Origin: Eledone cirrhosa
Taxonomy: Eukaryota
Direction of reading: 5' to 3'
Length of the DNA: 64,000 nt
NCBI GenBank assembly: GCA_964016885.1
Contig: OZ024764.1
Location: 27,900,001-27,964,000 of the forward strand
A model generated the notes under the pieces. It searched no databases. It saw only the letters and a program-made list of their open reading frames with translations, and was not told where the DNA came from. Made by a program: the position numbers and the translations under genes. Shown here one piece after another: positions 1 through 12,345 of this stretch. The stretch's first letter is position 1; each line of letters starts with the position of its first letter.

Positions 1-3000
1 TTTCATCTCGCGCTCTCTCTCTCTCGTTTCATCTCGCGCTCTCTCTGTCTCGTTTCATCTCGCTCTCTCTCGTTTCATCTCTGTCTTTTCTCTCTCGTTC
101 CATCTCTCTCTTCCTCTCTCTCGTTCCATCTCTCTCTTCCTCTCTCTCGTTTCATCTCTATCTCCCTCGTTTCATCTCTCTCTCGCTCTCTCGTTTCATC
201 TCTCTCTCCCGCTCGTTTCTTCTCGCTCTCTCTCTCCTGTTTCATCTCGCTCTCTACTCTCGTTTCCTCTCTCTCATTTCCTCTCTCTCTCGTTTCATCT
301 CTGTCTCGTTTCATCTCGCTCTCTCTCTTTCTCGTTTGATCTCGCTCTCACTCTCTCGTTTCATCTCGCTTCTCTCACTCTCTTGTTTCATCTCGCTCTC
401 TCTCTCTCTTCCTCTCTCTCTCTTGTTTCAACACTCTAATCCCTCACTTGTTTTATCTCTCTCTAATCCCTCACTTGGTTCATCTCTCTCAGAATTATTA
501 GCCACAGGGGCAGAGATGTCCATAACATTGCATGTCAGAATTATTAGCCACAGGGCAGAGATGTCCATAACATTACGTCAGAATTATTAGCCACAGGGGC
601 AGAGATGTCCATAACATTACATGTCAGAATTATTAGCCACAGGGGCAGAGATGTCCATAACATTACATGACAGAATTATTAGCCACAGGGGCAGAGATGT
701 CCATAACATTACATGTCAGAATTATTAGCCATAGGGGCAGAGATGTCCATAACATTACATGACAATTATTAGCCCCAAGGGCAGATATGTCGATAACATT
801 ACATGAGAGAGTTTCATCTCGCGCTCTCTCTCTTCCTCTCTCTCGTTTCATCTCTGTCTTCCTCTCTCTCGTTCCATCTCCCTCTTCCTCTCTCTCGTTC
901 CATCTCTCTCTTCCTCTCTCTCGTTTCATCTCTATCTCCCTCCTTTCATCTGTCTCTCTCTCTGTCGTTTCATCTCGCGCTCTCTCTCTCTCGTTTCATC
1001 TCGCTCTCTCTCTCTCTCGTTTCATCTCTGTCTTCCTCTCTCTCGTTCCATCTCTCTCTTCCTCTCTCTCGTTTCATCTCTATCTCCCTCGTTTCATCTC
1101 TCGCTCGCTCTCTCGTTTCATCTCTCTCTCCCTCTCGTTTCATCTCGCTCTCTACTCTCGTTTCCTCTCTGTCTCGTTCCATCCCGCTCTCTCTCTCTCT
1201 CATTACATCTCGCTCTCTCTGTCTCGTTTCATCTCGCTCTCACTCTCTCGTTTCAACACTCTAATCCCTCACTTGTTTTATCTCTCTCTAATCCCCCACT
1301 TGTTTCATCTCTCTCAGAATTATTAGCCACAGGGGGAGAGATGTCCATAACATTACATGTAAGAATTATTAGCCACAGGGGCAGAGATGTCCATAACATT
1401 ACATGACAGAATTATTAGCCACAGGGCCAGTGATGTCCATAACATTACATGACAATTATTAGCCCGAAGGGCAGATATGTCCATAACATTACATGACAGA
1501 GTTTCATCTCGCGCTCTCTCTCTTGCTCTCTCTCGTTTCATCTCGCTCTCTCTCTCTCTCGTTTCATCTCGCTCTCTCGTTTCATCTCGCTCTCTCTCGT
1601 TTCATCTCTGTCTTCCTCTCTCTCGTTCCATCTCTCTCTTCCTCTCTCTCGTTCCATCTCTCTCTTCCTCTCTCTCGTTCCATCTCTCTCTTCCTCTCTC
1701 TCGTTTCATTTCTATCTCCCTCCTTTCATCTGTCTCTCTCTCTGTCGTTTCATCTCGCGCTCTCTCTCTCTCGATTCATCTCGCGCTCTCTCTCTCTCGT
1801 TTCATCTCGCTCTCTCTCTCTCTCGTTTCATCTCTGTCTTCCTCTCTCTCGTTCCATCTCTCTCTTCCTCCCTCTCTTCCTCTCTCTCGTTTCATCACTA
1901 TCTCCCTCGTTTCATCTCTCTCTCCCTCTCGTTTCATCTCGCTCTCTCTCTCCTGTTTCATCTCGCTCTCTACTCTCGTTTCCTCTCTGTCTCGTTCCAT
2001 CCCGCTCTCTCTCTCTCTCATTACATCTCGCTCTCTCTGTCTCGTTTCATCTCGCTCTCTCTCTCTCTCGTTTCATCTCGCTCTCACTCTCTCGTTTCAT
2101 CTCGCGTTTCATCTCACTCTCCCTGTCTCATTTCATCTCGCTCTCTCTCTCTCTCTTCCTCTCTCTCTCTTGTTTCAACACTCTAATCCCTCACTTGTTT
2201 TATCTCTCTCTAATCCCTCACTTGTTTCATCTCTCTCAGAATTATTAGCCACAGGGGCAGAGATGTCCATAACATTACATGTCAGAATTATTAGCCACAG
2301 GGCAGAGATGTCCATAACATTACATGTCAGAGTTATTAGCCACAGGGGCAGAGATGTCCATAACATTACATGTCAGAATTATTAGCCACAGGGGCGGAGA
2401 CGTCCATAACATTACATGACAGAATTATTAGCCACAGGGGCAGAGATGACCATAACATTACATGACAATTATTAGCCACAGGGGCAGATATATCAATAAC
2501 ATTACATGATAGAGTTTCATCTCGCGCTCTCTCTCTCTCGTTTCATCTTGCTCTCTCTCTCTCTCGTTTCATCTCTGTCTTCCTCTCTCTCGTTCCATCT
2601 CTCTCTTCCTCTCTCTCGTTCCATCTCTCTCATCCTCTCTCTCGTTTCATCTCTATCTCCCTCCTTTCATCTGTCTCTCTCTCTGTCGTTTCATCTCGTG
2701 CTCTCTCTCTCTCGTTTCATCTCGCGCCCTCTCTGTCTCGTTTCATCTCGCTCTCTCTCTCTCTCGTTTCATCTCTGTCTTCCTCTCTCTCGTTCCATCT
2801 CTCTCTTCCTCTCTCTCGTTTCATCTCTATCTCCCTCGTTTCATCTCTCTCTCGCTCTCTCATTTCATCTCTCTCTCCCTCTCGTTTCATCTCGCTCTCT
2901 ACTCTCGTTTCCTCTCTGTCTCGTTCCATCCCGCTCTCTCTCTCTCACATTACATCTCGCTCTCTCTGTCTCGTTTCATCTCGCTCTCTCTCTCTCTCGT

Positions 3001-6000
3001 TTCATCTCGATCTCACTCGCTCGTTTCATCTCGCTTCTCTCACTATTGCGTATCATCTCGCTCTCCCTGTCTCATTTCATCTCGCTCTCTCTCTCTCTCT
3101 TCCTCTCTCTCTCTTGTTTCAACACTCTAATCCCTCACTTGTTTTATCTCTCTCTAATCCCTCCCTTGTTTCATCTCTCTCAGAATTATTAGCCACTGGG
3201 GCAGAGATGTCCATAACATTACATGTCAGAGTTATTAGCCACAGGGGCAGAGATGTCCATAACATTACATGACAATTATTAGCCCCAAGGGCAGATATGT
3301 GCATAACATTACATGACAGAGTTTCATCTCGCGCTCTCTCTCTCTCGTTTCATCTCGCGCTCTCTCCCTTCCTCTCTCTCGTTTCATCTCGATCTCTCTC
3401 TCTCTCGTTTCACCTCTGTCTTTCATGTCTCTCTTCCTCTCTCTCGTTCCATCTCTCTCTTCCTCTCTCTCGTTTCATCTCTATCTCCCTCCTTTCATCT
3501 GTCTCTCTCTCTGTCGTTTCATCTCGCGCTCTCTCTCTCTCCTTTCATCTCGTGCTCTCTCTCTCTCGTTTCATCTCGCTCTCTCTCTCTCTCGTTTCAT
3601 CTCTGTCTTCCTCTCTCTCGTTCCATCTCTCTCTTCCTCTCTCTCGTTTCATCTCTATCTCCCTCGTTTCATCTCTCTCTCCCTCTCGTTTCATCTCGCT
3701 CTCTCTCTCCTGTTTCATCTCGCTCTCTACTCTCGTTTCCTCTCTCTCGTTTCCTCTCTGTCTCGTTCCATCCCGCTCTCTCTCTCTCTCATTACATCTC
3801 GCTCTCTCTGTCTCGTTTCATCTCGCTCTCTGTCTCTCTCGTTTCATCTCGCTCTCACTCTCTCGTTTCATCTCGCGTTTCATCTCACTCTCCCTGTCTC
3901 ATTTCATCTCGCTCTCTCTCTCTCTCTTCCTCTCTCTCTCTTGTTTCAACACTCTAATCCCTCACTTGTTTTATCTCTCTCTAATCCCTCACTTGTTTCA
4001 TCTCTCTCAGAATTATTAGCCACAGGGGCAGAGATGTCCATAACATTACATGTCAGAATTATTAGCCACAGGGCAGAGATGTCCATAACATTACATGTCA
4101 GAATTATTAGCCACAGGGGCAGAGATGTCCATAACATTACATGTCAGAATTATTAGCCACAGGGGCGGAGACGTCCATAACATTACATGACAGAATTATT
4201 AGCCACAGGGGCAGAGATGACCATAACATTACATGACAATTATTAGCCACAGGGGCAGATATATCAATAACATTACATGATAGAGTTTCATCTCGCGCTC
4301 TCTCTCTCTCTCGTTTCATCTTGCTCTCTCTCTCTCTCGTTTCATCTCTGTCTTCCTCTCTCTCGTTCCATCTCTCTATTCCTCTCTCTCGTTCCATCTC
4401 TCTCATCCTCTCTCTCGTTTTATCTGTATCTCCCTCCTTCAATCTGTCTCTCTCTCTGTCGTTTCATCTCGTGCTCTCTCTCTCTCGTTTCATCTCGCGC
4501 TCTCTCTGTCTCGTTTCATCTCGCTCTCTCTCTCTCTCTCGTTTCATCTCTGTCTTCCTCTCTCTCATTCCATCTCTCTCTTCCTCTTTCTCGTTCCATC
4601 TCTCTCTTCCTCTCTCTCATTTCATCTCTATCTCCCTCGTTTCATCTCTCTCTCGCTCTCTCGTTTCATCTCTCTCTCCCTCTCGTTTCATCTCCCTTTC
4701 TACTCTCGTTTCCTCTCTGTCTCGTTCCATCCCGCTCTCTCTCTCTCTCATTACATCTCGCTCTCTCTGTCTCGTTTCATCTCGCTCTCTCTCGCTCTCG
4801 TTTCATCTCGCTCTCACTCTCTCGTTTCATCTCGCTTCTCTCACTATTGCGTTTCATCTCGCTCTCCCTGTCTCATTTCATCTCGCTCTCTCTCTCTCTC
4901 TTCCTCTTGTCTCAACACTCTAATCCCTCACTTGTTTTATCTCTCTCTAATCCCTCACTTGTTTCATCTCTCTCAGAATTATTAGCCACAGGGGCAGAGA
5001 TGTCCATAACATTACATGTCAGATTTATTAGCCACAGGGGCAGAGATGTCCATAACATTACATGACAATTATTAGCCCCAAGGGCAGATATGTCCATAAC
5101 ATTACATGACAGAGTTTCATCTCGCGCTCTCTCTCTCTCGTTTCATCTCGCGCTCTCTCTCTTCCTCTCTCTCGTTTCATCTCGCTCTCTCTCTCTCTCG
5201 TTTCACCTCTGTCTTCCATCTCTGTCTTCCTCTCTCTCGTTCCATCTCACTCTTCCTCTCTCTCATTTCATCTCTCTCTCTCTCGTTTCATCTGTCTCTC
5301 TCTCTGTCGTTTCATCTCCCTCTATCTCTCTCTCCCTCTCGTTTCATCTCGCTCTCTCTCTCCTGTTTCATCTCGCTCTCTCTCTCTCATTTCATCTCGC
5401 TCTCTCTCTCTCATTTCATCTCGCTCTCTCTCTCTCGTTTCATCTCGCTCTCACTCTCTCGTTTCATCTCGCTCTCACTTTCTCGTTTCATCTCGCTCTC
5501 CCTGTCTCGTTTCATCTCGCTCACACTCTCTCATTTCATCTCGCTCTCTCTCTCTTCTTTCAACACTCTAATCCCTCACTTGTTTCATCTCTCTCAGAAT
5601 TATTAGCCACAGGGGCAGAGATGTCCATAACATTACATGTCAGAATTATTAGCCACAGGGCAGAGATGTCCATAACATTACATGTCAGAATTATTAGCCA
5701 CAGGGGCAGAGATGTCCATAACATTACATGTCAGAATTATTAGCCACAGGGGCGGAGACGTCCATAACATTACATGACAGAATTATTAGCCACAGGGGCA
5801 GAGATGACCATAACATTACATGACAATTATTAGCCACAGGGGCAGATATATCAATAACATTACATGATAGAGTTTCATCTCGCGCTCTCTCTCTCTCTCG
5901 TTTCATCTTGCGCTCTCTCTCTCTCGTTTCATCTTGCTCTCTCTCTCTCTCGTTTCATCTCTGTCTTCCTCTCTCTCGTTCCATCTCTCTATTCCTCTCT

Positions 6001-7737
6001 CTCGTTCCATCTCTCTCATCCTCTCTCTCGTTTTATCTGTATCTCCCTCCTTCAATCTGTCTCTCTCTCTGTCGTTTCATCTCGTGCTCTCTCTCTCTCG
6101 TTTCATCTCGCGCTCTCTCTGTCTCGTTTCATCTCGCTCTCTCTCTCTCTCTCGTTTCATCTCTGTCTTCCTCTCTCTCGTTCCATCTCTCTCTTCCTCT
6201 TTCTCGTTCCATCTCTCTCTTCCTCTCTCTCGTTTCATCTCTATCTCCCTCGTTTCATCTCTCTCTCGCTCTCTCGTTTCATCTCTCTCTCCCTCTCGTT
6301 TCATCTCCCTCTCTACTCTCATTTCCTCTCTGTCTCGTTCCATCCCGCTCTCTCTCTCTCTCATTACATCTCGCTCTCTCTGTCTCGTTTCATCTCGCTC
6401 TCTCTCGCTCTCGTTTCATCTCGCTCTCACTCTCTCGTTTCATCTCGCTTCTCTCACTATTGCGTTTCATCTCGCTCTCCCTGTCTCATTTCATCTCGCT
6501 CTCTCTCTCTCTCTTCCTCTTGTCTCAACACTCTAATCCCTCACTTGTTTTATCTCTCTCTAATCCCTCACTTGTTTCATCTCTCTCAGAATTATTAGCC
6601 ACAGGGGCAGAGATGTCCATAACATTACATGTCAGAGTTATTAGCCACAGGGGCAGAGATGTCCATAATATTACATGACAATTATTAGCCCCAAGGGCAG
6701 ATATGTCCATAACCTTACATGACAGAGTTTCATCTCGCGCTCTCTCTCTCTCGTTTCATCTCGCGCTCTCTCTCTTCCTCTCTCTCGTTTCATCTCGCTC
6801 TCTCTCTCTCTCGTTTCACCTCTGTCTTCCTCTCTCTCGTTCCATCTCACTCTTCCTCTCTCTCATTTCATCTCTCTCTCTGTCGTTTCATCTCCCTCTA
6901 TCTCTCTCTCCCTCTCGTTTCATCTCGCTCTCTCTCTCCTGTTTCATCTCGCTCTCTCTCTCTCATTTCATCTCGCTCTCTCTCTCTCATTTCATCTCGC
7001 TCTCTCTCTCTCGTTTCATCTCGCTCTCACTCTCTCGTTTCATCTCGCTCTCACTTTCTCGTTTCATCTCACTCTCCCTGTCTCGTTTCATCTCGCTCAC
7101 ACTCTCTCATTTCATCTCGCTCTCTCTCTCTTCTTTCAACACTCTAATCCCTCACTTGTTTCATCTCTCTCAGAATTATTAGCCACAGGGGCAGAGATGT
7201 CCATAACATTACATGTCAGAATTATTAGCCACAGGGGCAGAGATGTCCATAACATCACATGTCAGAATTATTAGCCACAGGGGCAGAGATGTCCATAACA
7301 TTACATGTCAGAATTATTAGCCACAGGGGCAGAGATGTCCATAACATTACATGACAGATTTATTAGCCACAGGGGCAGAGATGTCCATAACATTACATGG
7401 CAGATTTATTAGCCACAGGGGCAGAGATGTCCATAACATTACATGTCAGAATTATTAGCCACAGGGGCAGAGATGTCCATAACATTACATGACAGATTTA
7501 TTAGCCACAGGGGCAGAGATGTCCATAACATTACATGACAGATTTATTAGCCACAGGGGCAGAGATGTCTATAACATTACATGACATAATTATTAGCCAC
7601 AGGGGCAGAGATGTCCATAACATTACATGACAGATTTATTAGCCATAGGGGCAGAGATGACCATAACATTACATGACAGAATTATTAGCCACAGGGGCAG
7701 AGATGTCCATAACATTACATGACAGAATTATTAGCCA
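1..7737 (+). repeat. Composite satellite array (pyrimidine strand on +): nine CT-rich blocks built on TTTCATCTCG(CT)n, each ending in ...CAACACTCTAATCCCTCACTTG..., alternating with runs of a 46-bp minisatellite CAGAATTATTAGCCACAGGGGCAGAGATGTCCATAACATTACATG(T/A)
   Basis: 46-bp period is directly visible (GTCAGAATTA at 7261 and 7307). CT blocks start at about <1, 810, 1500, 2512, 3320, 4283, 5112, 5870 and 6725. Pure 46-mer run at ~7171-7737. Confidence 0.97.
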
Positions 7738-7966
7738 CATGTAATGTTATGGACATCTCTGCCCCTGTGGCTAATAATTCTGTCATGTTATGTTATGGAC
7801 ATCTCTGCCCCTGTGGCTAATAATTCTGACATGTAATGTTAGGGACATCTCTGCCCCAGTGGCTCATAATTCTGACATGTAATGTTATGGACATCTCTGC
7901 CCCTGTGGCTAATAATTCTGTCATGTAATGTTATGGACATCTCTGCCCCTGTGGCTAATAATTCTG
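7738..7966 (-). repeat. Five inverted copies of the 46-bp minisatellite (fold-back arm)
   Basis: CATGTAATGTTATGGACATCTCTGCCCCTGTGGCTAATAATTCTG is the reverse complement of the unit. It joins non-satellite sequence at TTCAAATCTGACTG (7967). Confidence 0.95.
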
Positions 7967-8304
7967 TTCAAATCTGACTGACATGCATGGTATATATTTA
8001 TGTTTCATTAGACACCGCCACAATACACAGGAACTTATAAAGATATGTATATATTGTCCAGGAGTTTCGAGTTTAGTGGGAATTGTACAAATCTCAATTG
8101 GAGCTAGTCCCTGCAAGATCAGCATAAATAATGTTATACCTTTTCATGAAATCTTGCACACCCGATATTTTATACATGATTATTTAAAGGTGAACAAAAA
8201 CCGAAGAACATTGAGCAGCATTTCTCAACCTTTCTACCCATGTTGATCTCTTGAAATAGTTTTTATGTCTCAAGGAAGCCTTGCATAAAATATACTTTTT
8301 CTAT

Positions 8305-8400
8305 CTCTAGAGCAGTGGTTCCCAAATCGTGTGCTGTGAGATGAAACTAGATGAGCTGCAAAAGACTAAGATTAAGTTTTAAGATGTGAAAAATATAAAA
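8305..8400 (+). mobile_element. hAT (Charlie-like) DNA transposon 5' terminus remnant; also in the four paralogous modules near 27590, 30170, 42170 and 44630
   Basis: CTCTAGAG (NTCTAGAN-type 8-bp target) followed immediately by CAGTGGTTCCCAAA, a typical hAT TIR start. No partner TIR found. Confidence 0.45.
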
Positions 8401-8462
8401 CTGAAATTTCATATAAAAGTTCAAATATAGCTACAGCCACAAACCTAGGCTCCACACCCCGC

Positions 8463-8660
8463 AACGCAGAGGAGAGTAAGATAGTACTGAGGCCTGACTC
8501 ACCTCTTCCACTCCATTGAGACCTCTGCCATACTTGGTCCCCCTACTGCTGATTTCCTCCATAAAGTCGGGAGGAAAGACGGCAGGAGCCTCGTGAGGAG
8601 GGGCAACTATTGTAGCAGGTGTCTCTGGCCTTGTTCCGAGGTAACGCTTTTACGTTTCTT
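8463..8660 (+). pseudogene. CRE-type non-LTR retrotransposon restriction-like endonuclease C-terminal relic (family A), copy 1
   Basis: Manual translation across frameshifts: AEESKI / Y*GLTHLFHSIETSAILGPPTADFLHKVGRK / EPREEGQLL*QVSLALFRGNAF. Matches the recalled CRE C-terminal pattern K..KY...ET.G..GP...FL......EPRE...L.Q..S.A..RGNA. Confidence 0.7.
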
Positions 8661-9025
8661 CCACGTGTTGCGGCTGAGGGACCACTTAGACTGGGGTGAA
8701 GTGTCTGTCCCTCCCCCGACTTCTTACTTCCTTTTTTTTCTCCTTTTCAATTTCTTTTCTCTTCTTGCTTATCTCTGCTATACCACGGCATCAAAAAGAT
8801 ATATGATATATGTATGTATGGTATAGGTGTATTTATATTTAGGATAGTTATCAAAGGTAAATAGACTGGTTGGAGTAATAACAGTCTTGTTTATGTATAT
8901 ACACACATATATACATATATATATATATATATATATGTTTGTTCTTGTATTTCTATAGAAAAGGTAAAGAAAAGAAGAGTGCTCTATGTATTGTACAGAG
9001 CTATTTAATTACATAATAAACAACA

Positions 9026-11308
9026 GAATGGAAAACATTCAGACAGAGAAGAATGGATAATGAGCGTTGTAAGAGAAATTGGCCAACAATTAATATTAAT
9101 GGAAATGTAGAAGAATTTCATATTAGTGATATGAATGTTTCGTGTGATCACTGTGGAGCTTTGAAATTTAGAAATGAAAATTGTAACTGTTGTAATAAAG
9201 GAAAGGTTGTGTTGCCACCATTGCAAATATACCCTGAGAGACTGAGAAATCTCTTTGAAAGAGGCCAGGAAGCAGTTGATTTCACAGAAACATCTGCAAT
9301 TAAAACTACATTTATTTCACTTCATTTGGTGTTACCACCCGGCAGAGGCCCGTATAGCTTTCATATTCAGGGTCAAACATATCAATACACCCCCATCTCT
9401 GTAACCTGCAGAAAATACACCACAATATGGCCAGTTATATATTATTGATGGGAATGAAAGTGTGTAGCACAGATTGGAAGTACAACCAAATAATTGTTTC
9501 TGGCACAAGGCCAGCAATTACTGGTACTTTATTCTATCGACCTCATAAGGATGAAAACAAAGTCAACCTTAGAGGGATTTGAACCCAGAACGTAAAGGGC
9601 CATAACCCTATGCTGCAAAGCATGGTGTCTGACGCTCTACCGATACTGCCAATCCACCGCCCTAGTACCAACAAATAATGACTGCTCACCACAAAAAATG
9701 GCTATGATAAGAGAGGTGTTGCATGAATGTTATCCATATGTCGAAGTGTACAATACAATGCATGGCATCAAACAGCAAAGTTCTAGAAGAGAAAATTGTC
9801 GTGTACAGAACTGTGAATTAAGATTTAGAAGAGGATCAGATATGAGCTGCTATAATTTACCAACTAGTAATGATAGCTGTTGTTTTGTGGGGGATTGAGG
9901 GCACACCACCTGTACAAAGAGATATTATCATCTTTCCTAAAGACCATCCTCCTCAGAAAATACCACATAATTCATGCCACTTGGACCTCATGACCGACCG
10001 ATAATGGTGAATTTTGGTGGCATAGTGACATGGAGAGGAATGCAGGACCTGTGTTTGCAATAGACTGACAATGCAGGAGTATTACATATACTGTATAGCA
10101 TATAGAGGAGGATTTAGTGCGATATATAGGGCAGGTAAATTATTTTAGCAGTATTTAGTGGATGCCTATATGAAAGTAGAGGGATGCAGGCTTCAATATT
10201 TGAGGAACAATCAAGCCCAATTGTGAGTGGATGAGTATAATGGTTTAATGAATTATCTAAACAGATGATAACACTGAGCCTTAAAAAATGAAGACAAGAT
10301 ATGAAACAGAGAAGACATTGACAGAATCGTGTCAGCAGAAATACCTGCATTGGAAGATGATCCAGTACTACATGAGCAGGTTTAAAAGTTTATTATCCAC
10401 AGGCCATGTGGTTCTGGAAACCCTTTTCCCCCATTTATACAAAATGGATTTTTCCAAAAGAACTATCCAAAAACCTACAGAAGGGAAACATTATTGAACC
10501 TAAATGGATACCCAGAGTACAGGAGGTGCAAGACAGGAACTGCAGTGTAAATTGGATGACATTCAGTAGATAACAGGAATGTTGTGCCACTTAATGCCTT
10601 TTTGCTTAAGAAATATTGTGCACATATTAATGTTGAAGTTTGCGCTTCTGTAAAAAGTGTCAAGTACCTCTTTAAATATGTTACATGGGGCATGATTGTA
10701 CATCTATAGAAGTAACGAATAATGCATTACCTAATGAGGCTCAGAACCAACACAACCATGATGAAATAAGAACCTATCTTTGTTGCAGGTATGTGTCTCA
10801 GCCAGAAGCAGTGTTGTGTCTCTCAGAATTTAAGCTTCATGGTACATCACATACAGTATACAGCCTAGCCACACACCTGGAGAACAAACAGAGTTTACTT
10901 TCAAAGAGGCAATGCTTACACCTTCTGGGATGCCGCCTCACTAACTCCAATTAAAAGCAGGATCAATAATAATGCTTCTATGGAATATTTCAATCCAGAA
11001 CAGATTATTTTATTGGCACAAGATTAGAAGTAGTGGAACTGCATAAACATTTTATCGAAGCTTCTCATATCTATGGTCCTTTGATGGGCAGGTGTGTTTT
11101 GATCCGAAGACTGAAGTTAGTTCCCAGTGGTGCCAACATCCCTTTTACTTTGGAAAGACCCCAGTTTCCATTAAGACTGTCATATGCCATGACAATCAAC
11201 AAGAACCATGGTCAAATACATGATAAAGTGGGTCTGTTCCTCCCTGAGCAAGTATTTAACCCTGGACAATTGTATGTTGCTTTTTCAAGAGTTCACAGAC
11301 AGATGTAA
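9026..11308 (+). mobile_element. Helitron Rep/helicase pseudogene, internally deleted, copy H1
   Basis: N-terminal CDHCGALKF...CCNKGKVVLP, GPYSFHIQGQ, YNLPT, GYPEYRR, HINVEVCASVKSVKYLFKYV (Rep motif 3), DEIRTYLCCRYVSQPEA, and PIF1-helicase C-terminal QFPLRLSYAMTINK...GQLYVAFSRV. Many stops and frameshifts. Confidence 0.92.
9495..9663 (-). mobile_element. tRNA-derived SINE inserted in the Helitron, with ~16-bp target-site duplication
   Basis: Minus strand reads GGCGGTGGATTGGCAGTATCGGTAGAGCG (A-box-like) ... GGGTTCAAATCCC (B-box). Flanked by AGTACAACCAAATAAT (9479-9494) and AGTACCAACAAATAAT (9664-9679). Confidence 0.85.
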
Positions 11309-11480
11309 AAATTAATCCTAGCAAACCCCCACCACTCCTACAACTGTTAGCTGTTAGACCACCCCCAGCACCACCCAACCTCCGTTCTAGTCCCACCGTT
11401 AGAACCAATGCTGCTTACCCTGCCTCTTTTACTAGTTCACTCCTTCGCTCGAATTTCAAAGCTGGCCCTCTACACTTGGT

Positions 11481-11620
11481 CGTGCTCTCTGTGTCCGCAC
11501 TAGCCGGTACCTAAACACAATAAAATGTCACCTGTGCTACCAAAACTACCACAGGAACTCTGTCGGCATCAGCAAGGCTCAAGCCGAAAGGCTTCAATAC
11601 TAGACCTGTAATCAGGGCCA
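11481..11620 (+). pseudogene. PHD-finger relic, copy with first Cys lost by a ~21-bp deletion
   Basis: Paralog of 20884-21021: ..ALCVRTSRYLNTIKCHLCYQNYHRNSVGISKAQAERLQY*TCNQG. Confidence 0.6.
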
Positions 11621-12049
11621 CTTTACCTCCGACGACCAGCTTTCTACCGATTGTGTGTTGATGGAGGGGACATGAGACCAGCAAAGTCCTAGGAGTAGAG
11701 ACTAGTAAATAATAAACGGTCCTAGCTATGTTAAGAAGACAAGAGAAATAAATATTTACCTCTTTCATGTAGGTAATATAGCGGTGTTATAAAAGTAATT
11801 ATACGACCGGTGTAACAGTCGGTATAAATGAAAGATGTAGAAATGAAAGTTGCAACAATGACATGAATAAATATACAGTAATTTAATATGAGCAAGAATA
11901 AATATTTAATGGAATTAATTAAGTGTAATTTAATAAGAAATAAGAAATAAGTAAAACAGTAAAAGAAACAATAACAAACAAAATGGAGTCACATAAAATT
12001 TGGTTTATCTTTATAAAGCTTATTTTAAACGCGATTTTCCTTTTAAATC

Positions 12050-12345
12050 CGTAGCTCCGCTTACTAACCTTAGGGCTGTAACGTTACATGGTTCGAATCT
12101 TACACTCTTCTCTATAGTGCCACACGAGTTATCTCCTAGTCTTTTTATATAGTTTCACTGTTTAGTGAAAGAGGGCGCTACGAACAGTTACTTATGTAGA
12201 TGGGTGGTTAGCGATTCGGCTTACAAACATTAGCATCATGACGTTACATGGGTTCGAACCCTTCCGGCGCCTCAATTTTTCAAATAGAGTTATCACCCAT
12301 GGTTCTTTAGAGTTTCATTGCTTACTCGAAAGATGGCGCGGGGAT
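12050..12345 (+). mobile_element. Two diverged tandem tRNA-like (Pol III B-box) SINE-head remnants, ~160-bp period
   Basis: ACGTTACATGGTTCGAATC (~12081) and ACGTTACATGGGTTCGAACCC (~12241), each followed by GAGTTATC...AGTTTCA.TG.TTA..GAAAGA.GGCGC. Confidence 0.4.

Noticed and set aside
425-490. CTCTAATCCCTCAC / GTGAGGGATTAGAG as a telomere-like motif
   Set aside because: No tandem TTAGGG hexamers anywhere in the window, so a subtelomeric location is not directly supported.
7171-7737. GCCACAGGGGCAG in the 46-mer resembles a CTCF site
   Set aside because: It is two bases shorter than the CCACNAGGGGGCAG-type core, so spacing does not fit. A PWM scan or ChIP would be needed.
490-7966. 46-bp repeats separated by longer blocks, superficially CRISPR-like
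   Set aside because: Repeats are directly tandem without unique spacers, the intervening blocks are homologous, there are no cas genes, and the context is eukaryotic.
8593-8826. Repeated 77-aa ORF MRRG(N/D)YCSRCLWPC as a small gene family
   Set aside because: It is an alternative frame over the CRE relic and its T-rich 3' region. Its conservation reflects recent duplication.
11033-11308. Host PIF1 helicase gene
   Set aside because: Only C-terminal motifs are present, fused downstream of Helitron Rep motifs, with frameshifts and three paralogous copies.
11309-11800. Helitron 3' terminus (hairpin + CTRR)
   Set aside because: Several CTAG sites occur but none follows a clear GC-rich hairpin, so no terminus was called.
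12200-12275. Possible tRNA gene (GGGTGGTTAGCG...GGGTTCGAACCC)
   Set aside because: I could not build a convincing cloverleaf, and it has a diverged tandem partner. Treated as a SINE-head remnant; tRNAscan-SE would settle it.
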